This document shows positions 28,197 through 38,212 of a stretch of 64,000 bases of DNA, in pieces (positions within the stretch are counted from its first letter, which is position 1; every line of letters starts with the position of its first letter). The DNA lies in NCBI GenBank assembly GCA_918797485.1, contig CAKKNE010000001.1, positions 4,216,001 through 4,280,000 on the forward strand, written 5' to 3'. This stretch comes from Pelagomonas calceolata (lineage: Eukaryota). The translations under genes and the position numbers were made by a program. Below the pieces are notes generated by a model. It was not told the DNA's origin and searched no databases. It saw only the letters and a program-made list of their open reading frames with translations.

Positions 28197-31100
28197 TCAC
28201 CAGAGCCCGCGCCCGCCGAAGAGCCCGCCCGCGTTGTTGCTCGCGTCCGGCGGCTTTGATGGCGGCTGGCGGAGCGGCTGGCCGAGCGGCGCGCCCGGCG
28301 CGCCCAGCCCGCCGATGCCCGGCGCGCCCAGACCGCCCAACCCCGGCGCGCCGCCGCCGCCGCCGGGCGCCGCGCCGAGGCCGCCGAGGCCGCCGCCGCC
28401 CCAGGACCACAGCACCGACGCCGAGTCGCCGCTCGTCGCGCGGCGGCCGCCGAGGTCCGGCGGCTGGAAGACCGCGTCCCGCGACGAATTGAGCCCCGTC
28501 TGCGCCGACCGCGCCGGCACGGGCGCGGCCGCGCGCAGCGGCGCCGCCGGCCCGGGCCGCGGGCCCGGCGGCGCCCGCGCCGCGCCCGCGGCCTGCTGCG
28601 CGCCGGCGGCCGCCTGGCGCGCGGCCTGGCGCTCGCGGCGGCGCTCGCGCGCCGACGGCCGCGCGTCGTCCAGGACCGGCGGCCCCGGCGCCCTTCTGGG
28701 AGACGCCTGCGCCGAGCGCCGGCCGCTGCCTGGACTAGAAGCGGGCGACCGTCTAGGAGGTGTCGGCGGCAGTCTGGCTGGAGATAATGACGGTGCCAAT
28801 CGCGCGGGTGACGCCGAGCCGCCGCGCCGCGCCGGCTGGTTCCTAGATCTCCCGGAAGACGGCGGCGTGGGAGGCGACTGCGGTGTTTGGCGCCTATTTC
28901 TAGAGGGCGGCGGCGTCTGGGGCCTGGCAGCGAGTCGCGCCGCCTCGGCGGCCTTCTCGGCAGCCTTCTTCGGCGCCTCGTAGCGCTTCCTTAACAAACG
29001 TTTCGCCGCTTGGCGATCCTTCGCCGCGCCTTCGCTGCCACACGTCTTTTCTCGGAGTTGATTCAGCTCGTCGGCGTCTGCTGCACTCAAAGGTCGGTCC
29101 GGCGACTTCGCATACAACTCCACCAAAACCCTGAGCTTGGCGGCAGCGCGTTCTTCTTCCGTCTCGGGCTTCTTCACGACGGGCGCTTCCTCTTCTGAGT
29201 CAGAAGAATCTTCTGATGGACTAGGTGACGGCGTCGGGGGCTTCTCCACCACGACGGGCTCGGGCTCGGGCTCCGGCGCAGGCTGGGCCTTCTTCTTCTT
29301 CTTTTTCTTCTTCTTCTTCGTCTTTTTCGGTGCGTCCTTCTCCTCGCTACTCCAGCCGTCGAGCAGGTCCGTGTCGTCGTATTCAATAGGAGCCTCACTG
29401 ACCTTCGACGCGAGGACTTTGGACTTCTCCTGCTCTCGCTGGGCGCGCTCCTGGCGACGAGTGAAGGCTTCGAGGTAGAGTCGGACGCGTTCGCCTCCTC
29501 TAGCCTGTCGTAAGCCTAGACGTTCCTCCTTGACGAGCCGAGCTGCGAGCGCTAGCGTCGCGTCGATGGTCTCCTTGAGGTCCTTGCGCTTGCGTTGCTT
29601 GGCTGAGGGGTTCGTCTCCATGCGTAGAGCGCAGGCTACGAGCTCGTGGACGGGCGAGCGGTCCGCATCCCGGCCCACCGCGTCGGCGTGCCTTTTTCTC
29701 AGAGCGGCCAAGGTCGCTTCTCTACTATCGGGAGAGTGGGCCAGTAAGCACTCCAAGCCAGACGCTACCACCACTTCATCAGCTTTCGAGAGTAAGACGT
29801 CGACCGCGTCCGCCACCACGCCATAAGCAGCAGCATCATCGCCATCCAGGACTAAGGGTTTGCTAGACGTGCCAAATAAAGCACCTAACAGCTCCTCGGC
29901 GATTTCCTTGTTATCCGCGTACAAAGCTCTTGCGACGACATAAGTACCTCGTTCTGTGGAGACAGATGCTTCCCTCGCGGGTTCGTTGCGCGAAGCCGGG
30001 CGCCGAGGGTCAGCACCAGCCCTCAACAGAGCAGCAACAGCTAAACGGGACGACCTCCGCGTCTTCTCGCCACAACTGCCAGCAACGAACGCTAAGGGAG
30101 TGGACGTCCGGCCCCGAGAACCGCCGCCGGCCCCGTTCACTTCGACCTCGAAGGCCTCCGCGCCGCACACGCTCCGCAGCCAGGCGACGATGGCGCCGTA
30201 TCTAGGAGCGAAGGATTGTGGGGCATTCGACCGGTCGAAGTTCCCGTCGTCGCAATTACCTAACCAGTGCAAGGCCGAATAGTTCTGATTCTCGGCACCA
30301 ACACTTCCCAGTAACCCTAGGCCACCTAGAGCCGCGTCGTCCTCGCACCCGACACACCGCAGGATACCCCTAGAAGCGTCGCCACCTCTCTCCGCCTGGA
30401 TCTGCCTGGCTATAGCCTTGGTGCACTCGACGTCACCCCAGCGGATCGCTCTGCAGAGGAAGGCCCACAAATTCTGCGGTCTCAGGGTCGCGGGGGCATA
30501 CCCCGACGCGCGCTCGGCGCAGCACCGGCGTACTAACCTCCAGGTATCAGCACCTTTGGCGCGTCTCGACACGAGTACGGAAGCCACGACCACGAGCTCG
30601 GGGTCGTCAGAATCATTGTCTTCAGTTAACTCAGGTCTAAACCAGAGCCGCTCCGTGGCGCAGCGGACGTCGTCGACGACGTCTTCCTCTTCTTCGACGT
30701 CATCACCCAAGCCTAGGACTAATCTCGCGAAGCCCCTTGCTGGTAATGGAGGTACGGATTGATCTTCGTACAATTCTCTCCCTCGGAACAACCACGAAGC
30801 CGCGCGACTCCCAGCACATCCACCGCAGTTCGATCCGAGGTTCTCCACCACACAAAAGGCGAATCTCGCTTCGCAACAAGCGCCGAACGGTCTTGCTCCG
30901 CCACTCCCTGCGAAGTCGCATCGAGCATAGACACCGACATCGGACGAGTCGTCGTTCTCCCGCCTGTTGTCGTCCTCCCAGCGGTCGTTCTGCTTGTGTT
31001 CTGGGCGTCTAGCGTCTAGTGATAGAGTCCATCTACTCCCTCCAGCGTCTACGACCGTCTCGAGGACCTCTTCAGCTCTCAGAGATCGCTCGGCGACTCG

Positions 31101-31988
31101 ACGACGGTGCAACGCTAAGAATCTCGAACGCTTCACCGTCTTCCGCGACGTCCAGGCGCACCGCACGCCCGAGTCCTTCGCTAGTATTGTTGGAGGCGAC
31201 TTCGGTAAACGCGCGTCCCCAAATTCTCCCCCATCACAAGCCGGTAAGGTCCACTTCTCGGCCTTGGCGTCGAACTTGGCGGGCATGGCCGCGTCCCATA
31301 CTTTCGACAATGCGACTGGAGTAGCTGCATTATGAGCAAATAAACAAGCCCTCCTCGCTTCGCGCTGATCGACAGAAGAGGGCACTTGCGTATTCTGGAT
31401 GGCCCTTTTGAGAGCTCGCCAGCACGCACAGGCCACCGCCGCCGCTTCATCGACCGCTCGGAACTGCACTACCTCTTCTTTACCTTTGGGGTCGACCGAT
31501 GGCAACACAAAGGACCACAGGGGCCCTTCGCCCACACAGTCCTCATCATCAAAACGAGCATCGCGACTCTTCAGCGTGGTCGCGGCACTTGTAAAGGGCT
31601 CGTCAAAAATATCGTCGGAGCCTCGACCAACCAAAGCTAAGCAAGCCCCGCGCACCGTCGTCCTCGAGGTCGACGCACTCCAGGCGTTGCCTTCCGGGTC
31701 GGCCTTGCTACACGTGCCATCCAGCGTTGCCGCTCGAGCGGCAGCTGAAGCGGACGCGAACCACGCCCTGCCTCGTCGGTCGGTCGCGGCGGCCGAGAAC
31801 GCCGACTTACTATGAGTGGGTGCCAGAGCGGACTTGAGCAACATGGCGCTTTCCGAGGCGTCCAAGTGGAACTCCGGCGCTCGGAACGTGACGACGTGCA
31901 CCTCGACGCCGTCGATCGCGTGCACCTCGCCATCGCTCGCCGCGGCCGCGGCCTCCTCCTCGAGCTTGCGCTTCTTGTTGCCGGACAT
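28197..31988 (-). CDS. Large protein with MATH-like beta domain, divergent ankyrin-like repeats, Lys/Glu-rich and Pro/Gly-rich tail
   Basis: AGGSRWTLSL...VGVYARC...ARFAFCVV...GFARLV (MATH-like); AIRWGDVECTKAI, SALHW, TPLAF (ankyrin-like). Confidence 0.7.
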   Translation of the reverse strand: MSGNKKRKLEEEAAAAASDGEVHAIDGVEVHVVTFRAPEFHLDASESAMLLKSALAPTHSKSAFSAAATDRRGRAWFASASAAARAATLDGTCSKADPEGNAWSASTSRTTVRGACLALVGRGSDDIFDEPFTSAATTLKSRDARFDDEDCVGEGPLWSFVLPSVDPKGKEEVVQFRAVDEAAAVACACWRALKRAIQNTQVPSSVDQREARRACLFAHNAATPVALSKVWDAAMPAKFDAKAEKWTLPACDGGEFGDARLPKSPPTILAKDSGVRCAWTSRKTVKRSRFLALHRRRVAERSLRAEEVLETVVDAGGSRWTLSLDARRPEHKQNDRWEDDNRRENDDSSDVGVYARCDFAGSGGARPFGACCEARFAFCVVENLGSNCGGCAGSRAASWLFRGRELYEDQSVPPLPARGFARLVLGLGDDVEEEEDVVDDVRCATERLWFRPELTEDNDSDDPELVVVASVLVSRRAKGADTWRLVRRCCAERASGYAPATLRPQNLWAFLCRAIRWGDVECTKAIARQIQAERGGDASRGILRCVGCEDDAALGGLGLLGSVGAENQNYSALHWLGNCDDGNFDRSNAPQSFAPRYGAIVAWLRSVCGAEAFEVEVNGAGGGSRGRTSTPLAFVAGSCGEKTRRSSRLAVAALLRAGADPRRPASRNEPAREASVSTERGTYVVARALYADNKEIAEELLGALFGTSSKPLVLDGDDAAAYGVVADAVDVLLSKADEVVVASGLECLLAHSPDSREATLAALRKRHADAVGRDADRSPVHELVACALRMETNPSAKQRKRKDLKETIDATLALAARLVKEERLGLRQARGGERVRLYLEAFTRRQERAQREQEKSKVLASKVSEAPIEYDDTDLLDGWSSEEKDAPKKTKKKKKKKKKKAQPAPEPEPEPVVVEKPPTPSPSPSEDSSDSEEEAPVVKKPETEEERAAAKLRVLVELYAKSPDRPLSAADADELNQLREKTCGSEGAAKDRQAAKRLLRKRYEAPKKAAEKAAEAARLAARPQTPPPSRNRRQTPQSPPTPPSSGRSRNQPARRGGSASPARLAPSLSPARLPPTPPRRSPASSPGSGRRSAQASPRRAPGPPVLDDARPSARERRRERQAARQAAAGAQQAAGAARAPPGPRPGPAAPLRAAAPVPARSAQTGLNSSRDAVFQPPDLGGRRATSGDSASVLWSWGGGGLGGLGAAPGGGGGAPGLGGLGAPGIGGLGAPGAPLGQPLRQPPSKPPDASNNAGGLFGGRGLW

Positions 31989-32489
31989 ATTTTCAGCGTA
32001 TCTTAGTCAGCGCTGTGCCCGCTGCGCCGTCAGCGTCGGCGCGCTGCTCCCAAATGCGTGAGCACAGAGCTGGACCAGTTTCACGCGATGCCTTCGCGCT
32101 GGCCAGCGATTTCAGCGTGCTCGGCGATTGCTTAAGGGTCGACCAAAAAACGCGCAGGCCTACAGCTCGGCCCGTCGCGCGTTTCGGCCCACACCTGAGC
32201 TGCTCGCTCGGCCGTGTACGAGAGGAGCAAAATTCACGCTAAAAAGCAAAAAGCAAGCACCACGGATCGCTGTCCCGGCCGCTCGCACGCGTCCCGAGCC
32301 GTCGCAAGCTTCGCAAAACGAGGCAACCCGCACGCTAGGCAAAGCTTTAAGCATCGAGTGCCTGGGGAGACGCTGCCTCTCGCGCGTGCGTAGATGGTGC
32401 GTGCTGCCCACGACGCCATGCACATGGCTTCGCACCAATGCCGCATGCGTTTGGTCCGTGCACAGTGAGGAAGGGCTGCCCTAGTTGTC

Positions 32490-32897
32490 ATGGCACACAA
32501 TGCCACAACCCTGCCCGTCGAGACAGCTGTGATTTGGAGCGACGACGAGGACGCGCCCGACGCCGTCGTCGCGGCGCGCGCGGCTGCCGCAGCGCAACGG
32601 GCCGAGGCGCGCCGTCGCGCCGCGGCCACGCCCGAGGCGGCGTGGCGGCTCCAGCAGGACCACGCCGACGACCTGGCGTCCGCGTTCAAGGAGCTCGAGA
32701 CGCTCGTCCACGACGCGGACCGAAAGCGGCGGGGCTCGACGCCCGCGGACGCGCCGACCGCGCGCCGCGACGACGAGGCTGAGGCCGACGCACCCGCCCC
32801 AGCCGATGCGGCGCCGCGCGGCGACGCGGACGTCCCCGCCGCCGAAGCAAAGGCCGACGCGGACGACGACGACGACAGCTGGGCCGAGTTCTACTAA
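32490..32897 (+). CDS. Small acidic hypothetical protein
   Basis: 135-aa ATG ORF ending DDDDDSWAEFY, convergent with RBM34. Confidence 0.55.
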   Translation: MAHNATTLPVETAVIWSDDEDAPDAVVAARAAAAAQRAEARRRAAATPEAAWRLQQDHADDLASAFKELETLVHDADRKRRGSTPADAPTARRDDEAEADAPAPADAAPRGDADVPAAEAKADADDDDDSWAEFY

Positions 32898-32909
32898 TTA
32901 TGTGTGTCC

Positions 32910-34115
32910 TTACGTCTTCCGCTTCCCCACGAACGTCTTCTTGCCCTCTTTCGACTTCTTCTTTTTCTTGGCGGGGCCCTTGCTCGCGTCGGCCGCGCGC
33001 TTGCCCTGCCACGGCTTTGCCGCTTGAGCGGGTGACGCGCCCTTCGCGCGGGCCTCGGCGCGCCGCGCCTTCTTTTCCAACCGCCGACGAGCCCCGAAGG
33101 CCGCCTTCTTCGTCACCTTCTTGGTTGCGCCGCGCGGCAAGACACTGCTCTTCGTCCGCTTGCCGCAGGGCTGCACTCTGAGAGGTCGCGGGTCCATGCT
33201 CTCTCCATACGAGGCGCCGTCCAGATCCAAAGCTGTGGAAAGCACCTCGCGGTCTCTCAACAAAACATACGCGACACCAACACATCGATGCTCCTTGTCG
33301 CGCACGACCCTTACATTCTCTACAGCGGAATGGCCACCGGACTCTTGTAAATGCGCCGCAAACAACTCCCGCAACCCTTCTTCCGAAGAATCGAAGGGGC
33401 AGTTCCCCACGAACGCCGTCCGCAAGTGATCCTGCGCGCCGCGGTCGCCGCTCGCCTTATCAACCCGTAGGTGGAACGTCTCCTCCGGCGTCTCCACGCC
33501 GTCTTCTATCGAGGCCGGTATTTTCCAGACGGCGCCGTTCGCTTTGAGCGCGTTGGTGGCGCCTTCTACGTCCTCAAAAACTACATACGCGTTCGTGGTC
33601 CGCTTCGCGTCGCTGAGCAAGCCCTTTCTAGCGCAGACGCTCTGCACTAGTTTGTCATCCCCATTAGTGTCGACCGCACAACCTGCTACGGCCACGGACC
33701 GCTTTCGCGAGGATTGTACGGCGCCGTACGGTCTAAAAAATCGCGCGAGCTGTTTCTTCGTCGCTTCGCGCGGTAGATTGCCCACAAATATAGTCCGGGC
33801 GGCGGCGTCGTCCTCAACCGATGGCTCCGCCTCGACGGGCTCCTTGCGCCGCTTCTTGGCCGGCTTCTCCGCCACGGGAGCGGGGGGCGGCGGCGCCTTG
33901 CTACGTTTCTTCGCCGGCTTGGCCAGGACGCGGTCCAGGGCGGCGTCGTAGTCGTCCCTCTCTTTAGCTTTGGGTGCGGCGGGCGGCGCCGGCGGCAGCG
34001 ACGCCTCCGACGCGCTGAAGAGTGATGAAGCTGCGGCGCCCTCGTCGGAGAAGGCACTGGTGGTGAGCGCGCCGAGCACGCCGCCGCCGCTTGCGGTCTT
34101 CTTCTTCTTGGCCAT
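32910..34115 (-). CDS. RBM34: Nucleolar RRM protein RBM34/Nop12
   Basis: RTIFVGNLP...NAYVVF...HLRVD and RTAFVGNCPF...VENVRVVRD...GVAYV RRMs with basic tail. Confidence 0.85.
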   Translation of the reverse strand: MAKKKKTASGGGVLGALTTSAFSDEGAAASSLFSASEASLPPAPPAAPKAKERDDYDAALDRVLAKPAKKRSKAPPPPAPVAEKPAKKRRKEPVEAEPSVEDDAAARTIFVGNLPREATKKQLARFFRPYGAVQSSRKRSVAVAGCAVDTNGDDKLVQSVCARKGLLSDAKRTTNAYVVFEDVEGATNALKANGAVWKIPASIEDGVETPEETFHLRVDKASGDRGAQDHLRTAFVGNCPFDSSEEGLRELFAAHLQESGGHSAVENVRVVRDKEHRCVGVAYVLLRDREVLSTALDLDGASYGESMDPRPLRVQPCGKRTKSSVLPRGATKKVTKKAAFGARRRLEKKARRAEARAKGASPAQAAKPWQGKRAADASKGPAKKKKKSKEGKKTFVGKRKT

Positions 34116-34615
34116 CGCTGCGGCTGCAGTAGCAGTTTCAGGCAGTGAGAGCAAGCGCGTTGATCGTGAGCTACCGCTGCTCAAATGCGCTCTCCTCTTC
34201 ACCACCGATCAATGGGGTACTGCGTGGGCTGTTGCGGTGACGCAGCGTAGGTCAGCGCACGAATGCCGCAATGCGGGCTGCGTTTTGCTGATCGTCGATA
34301 ACTCACGGGTTTTTCGGGCGCTCCGAAACCCGTCCCGGGCCCCCGCTCCCGGGCCGGGGAGCCCTGGAAACAGCAAAGACGCCGTCGCAGAGCAAAATAA
34401 GGGCGGAGCGAGCCATTAGCCGGCCACATTAACAGGGCCGTCGCCGCGAGCAATTGCCGCCGGGTTGGAGGGCCGCCGGGTTGCGGGCAGCCCCGGCAGT
34501 GGCCCAGGGACCCATATCAAGCCCCCCGCTGACGTAGGCTGCGCGGCCCGGAAGCGCGCCGCCGGATAGGGAGCGCGGGGCGCGAAAGCCAGGGGGCGGA
34601 GAAACCATCGACAGG

Positions 34616-36469
34616 ATGGTCGCCATGGACTACGAGGGCCCCACCTTCGAGCCCCAGGCCCAGCCCTACGACCCGCAGCAGGGCTATGGCTACGACCAGC
34701 CCGACGCGCGGCAACAAACCAATTTCGACGGTCCCTACACGAACGCCGCCCCGCAGAAGAACCTGAGCGACCCCTACGGCTACGAGAGCGGCCTGGCGGG
34801 CGGCTTTGGGAGTGCCGATGGCCTGCGGGAGATGGACAGCGCGGTGGGTCTCGCTGCGGACGCGCCGGAGTTCGACTTCTCGCGGGCCCGGGCCACGTCC
34901 CAACAGATGTACGACGAGCAGCAGCCGCCCGTCGCCGTCTCGCCGGAGGAGCCCCAAAGTCCGCCTTCGTCTACCGGAGTGGACCCGCGCCACTACAAGA
35001 CGCGGTTGTGTGTTTACTTAGGTGGTGGAGGCTGCCCGCACGGCGCGCGGTGCTTCTTCGCCCATTCGCAGGAGGAGCTGCGCCCGCCGGCGGCGGCGAC
35101 TTGTGCTGAATATAAAACAAGACCCTGCCGCTACTCCCTTGCGGAGTGCCCGTTCGCGGCGGCCGGCCGGTGCCAATTTGCTCATAGTTTAGATGAGTTG
35201 CGGCAAGGTCCTCCCAATTTGGCCGCGGCCTCGCCGGAGCGGTTGTTGAGCGCTCGCCGCTTCAAGACGCGGCTCTGCAAGTACTTCATGGCCGGGCACT
35301 GTCCCTACGCGGCCACGAACACGTGCCAGTTCGCGCACTCGAATGACGAGCTGCGGGCGCCGCGCGACGCCGCGACGGCGTTCGGGTTTGCGCGTTCTGT
35401 TTCCGATCCCGAGGCCGAGGCGGCGGCGCGGCGCGCGGCGCAGCAGCCGGCCGGGTTCTTTGCGGACGTGGGCGCCTCGCCCCAGGCCTGGCCGCCGCCG
35501 CGGCCGCCGCCCGGCGAGGCGCCGCCGCCCCAGATTTCTCCCGCGGACGCTGCCGCGGCTGCGGCTGCTGCCGCTTCCTCGGGCGCGGCGCTGAGAGCGG
35601 CCTTGGAGCAGAAGCGCTTCACGAAGCTCTGCAAGTACTTTATCGCCGGCCACTGCCCCTTCGAGGCGACGGGGACCTGTCAATTTGCCCACTCCACGAG
35701 GGAGCTGCGCAAGCGGTCGCCGCCGCGGCCCGGGCCCATGATCCCGCCGCGCGTGCCGCCGCCGCCCATCTCGACCTCTCCTGGAATGCTGCCGCCGAAG
35801 TCGCTGACGCAGCACCCGGCGCCCTTCAACACGCAGCAGGTGCGCGACTACCCGGCCGGCAGTCCCTTCGGCTCGGCGCCGGCGCCGTCGCCCTTCGCGT
35901 CGGCGCAGTCGACGCCGGCCTACCCCGGCTCGGGCCAGTCGGCGCCGCGCGACTTCCCGTCGCGCGGCTCGTCTCCTAGGGTCAATCAGGTGTCGTTTGG
36001 CTCTCCAGCTCCGAACAACTACTACGAGCCGTCTCCCCAAAACGCGAACCGCCCGATGCCGTCCTGGGGCGGCGACCAGCCGCCGTCGAACCAAGGGTCG
36101 CCGGACCCCTGGGCCAACTCCATCGACGCGCGCACGGGCGCGGCTTTTGATACGGTGCGCCAGCTGGCCGAGCCGCCGCGCCGCCTCGGCGAGCCGCCTC
36201 TCCAGCGCTCTGATTCTTTAAATGGCGGCCTGCAGCCGTCCCTCGACCCGCCGGGCCTCGGCAGTCGCTCGAACTCCTTGCAGGGGCCGCCGCCGCCGGG
36301 CGTCGGCCTCAACAACTTCCAGCCGCCGGTGCCGCCGCCGCGCCAGCCGACGCCCGACGCGCAGAAGGAGCCGCGCCAGATCGGGCTGGGCGGCGGCCTC
36401 GGTCTTGGTGGAGGCGCGCTCGGCGGTGGTCTCGGTGGCGGCGTCTTCGGCGCGACCTCGACCTGGTGA
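34616..36469 (+). CDS. Tandem CCCH zinc-finger RNA-binding protein (four fingers, TTP-like)
   Basis: Four (Y/F)KTxLC...C...CxFAH motifs. Confidence 0.9.
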   Translation: MVAMDYEGPTFEPQAQPYDPQQGYGYDQPDARQQTNFDGPYTNAAPQKNLSDPYGYESGLAGGFGSADGLREMDSAVGLAADAPEFDFSRARATSQQMYDEQQPPVAVSPEEPQSPPSSTGVDPRHYKTRLCVYLGGGGCPHGARCFFAHSQEELRPPAAATCAEYKTRPCRYSLAECPFAAAGRCQFAHSLDELRQGPPNLAAASPERLLSARRFKTRLCKYFMAGHCPYAATNTCQFAHSNDELRAPRDAATAFGFARSVSDPEAEAAARRAAQQPAGFFADVGASPQAWPPPRPPPGEAPPPQISPADAAAAAAAAASSGAALRAALEQKRFTKLCKYFIAGHCPFEATGTCQFAHSTRELRKRSPPRPGPMIPPRVPPPPISTSPGMLPPKSLTQHPAPFNTQQVRDYPAGSPFGSAPAPSPFASAQSTPAYPGSGQSAPRDFPSRGSSPRVNQVSFGSPAPNNYYEPSPQNANRPMPSWGGDQPPSNQGSPDPWANSIDARTGAAFDTVRQLAEPPRRLGEPPLQRSDSLNGGLQPSLDPPGLGSRSNSLQGPPPPGVGLNNFQPPVPPPRQPTPDAQKEPRQIGLGGGLGLGGGALGGGLGGGVFGATSTW

Positions 36470-36928
36470 AGTTCTTTTTGAATGGCGGTCATGCTGGACC
36501 GCCTGTGTTTTGAATTGTGCATCACGCTCTCGCGGAAAAAAGTCTCCGCCTCGTGAACACGTGTCCCGAACACGCCCCTTCGTGCCCCCCTGAAACAATG
36601 TTGCTTGCTGTTGTCATGTCAAGCTAACACAACGCGCCCTCCCCCTGTGTCCCCCGGGCGTAATAACTTATGGTAAAAAACTTGAACCTCGCCTTGCGTC
36701 GTCGGCGGAGACGTCGCATCGCGCGTAGGCTTTTTTTTAGCGTGGACCCGTCGTCGGCGTCGTCGACGGCGGCTGGGTACTTCCGTACGCCATCGCCGCG
36801 ACTGTCCAAGGGCGGCTCATCTACCCCAAAAATGCAAACGTGCTGCTGACGCAAAGATTATTCATGCTCCTGGCAACTTATCCCCCAGGACTAGGAGAAG
36901 GCCCCCGCCGCGTGCGGGCACCGATGTC

Positions 36929-37582
36929 TCAGATGGGCGCGATGCGCACGGACGCGAGGCCGTTGTACGCCTTCTGCCGGATCCAGATCTGCGAGACCCA
37001 CTTGAGGTCGAGCGCCGGCTCCGCCGCGTGCAGGTAGTGCTGGTCCAACATGCCGTCGAGCGACGCCGGGAAGAAGACGAGGGCCGTGCCCTTCTTGGGT
37101 TGGATCGAGAGGCCCAGCTTGCTGAACGACGTGCAGCCACCCCGCGCGACATCATTGAGGTAGACCAACACGGTAGCCACTCTTTGCCCGCCGTTCTGCG
37201 CGAACCTTCTACCGTCCGGGGACGAGGTGTCGAAGGCGTCGTAGTGGGCCTTGTAGAACTCGCCGCCGCGGTAGCGGCCGACTTGTGGAAGTTCGAGGTG
37301 CTCGACCGGGCAACCAGTAAGCGCGCAGACTTTCGTGCAGATCGTCGGTAAATCTTCCCGCGCGAGGTAGCAGGTCGAGGATGTTCTTGATACACTTACC
37401 TCGCCGTTGCCGGCACCCACCACGGGCGCGGGCGTCATGTGACCTTGGGCGGAATTGATGAGGTCGTCGCATTCCGCCTCTGACAAAAAAATGGCCACCG
37501 TGAAGACGGGCGGGTCCGTGTGCACGGCCGTCAGGCCGGGGTAGGCCGGGTTCAATGGAAGGTACTGCCGCGGCGGCGCCAT
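36929..37582 (-). CDS. Prolyl 4-hydroxylase-like 2OG-Fe(II) oxygenase
   Basis: PPVFTV..FLS..EC..LI, RTSS, QVGRY..G.FY.AHYD, QRVATVLVYLND...GG.TSF, LHAAEP...KW. Confidence 0.9.
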   Translation of the reverse strand: MAPPRQYLPLNPAYPGLTAVHTDPPVFTVAIFLSEAECDDLINSAQGHMTPAPVVGAGNGEVSVSRTSSTCYLAREDLPTICTKVCALTGCPVEHLELPQVGRYRGGEFYKAHYDAFDTSSPDGRRFAQNGGQRVATVLVYLNDVARGGCTSFSKLGLSIQPKKGTALVFFPASLDGMLDQHYLHAAEPALDLKWVSQIWIRQKAYNGLASVRIAPI

Positions 37583-37889
37583 GGCGCCGTTCGACGGCCG
37601 ACTTCGCAGGCCCGTGCTCGCCGCCTGCTTCTGCGGCCGTTGTAGGACCTGCATGGGTCGGACCGCCGCCGACCACCGCAGGACTCTTCCGAGGAGGCGC
37701 ACGTCTGAGCGCCGCGCCGCGGGATCCGGCGCTGAGCAGTACGCCTCAGCTGGCGGACCGCTGCGCTTCAAAATTTGAGGGACGAAGCCGACCGGTTCCA
37801 GCTCACGACGAGACCCGCGCCTCGGTCCAACACACGTCCGTCGCGGCGTACTGACTGCCGGACGAGACAAGTTATCTGCCGGGGGCTGG

Positions 37890-37911
37890 CTAGTGTCTTA
37901 CAGACCGCTAG
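37890..37911 (+). promoter_or_regulatory. Recurrent motif CTAGTGTCTTACAGACCGCTAG
   Basis: Direct match to the other intergenic copies. Confidence 0.6.
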
Positions 37912-38212
37912 GTTCTTGGCGAGGTTTCTCGGAGATCCCTCTTCTCCGGACCGCTCGCAGTACCCTTCTTTCCACGGTTCCAAGTCTGCAACTCTCCAGG
38001 CAGCTTCACTGGCAGCTTCAGCAGAGGAGCCCAAGGAGCTGCTGCATCAGCGCGCACAAAAAACGCCGCGAGTGTGCTGACAGGTTGACGTTAGCCGAAC
38101 CCATCTATAAATCACTCGCCAGCTCGGTTTTCGTGTAACTCACGCCTGCGGCGCAAACCCTAACCAGACCTCCACCGGCCTCTGCCGCGGCGACGGTCGC
38201 AGCGCTGCCAAT

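Noticed and set aside
29290..29330. (TTC)n microsatellite-like tract
   Set aside because: Encodes a poly-Lys stretch in the 28197-31988 CDS.
36929..37870. N-terminal extensions from GTG/TTG starts in the ORF track (also 5611, 14582, 17434, 34205, 47078, 51993, 54308)
   Set aside because: This is a eukaryotic genome, so the first suitable ATG was used; the extensions look like UTR or promoter sequence.
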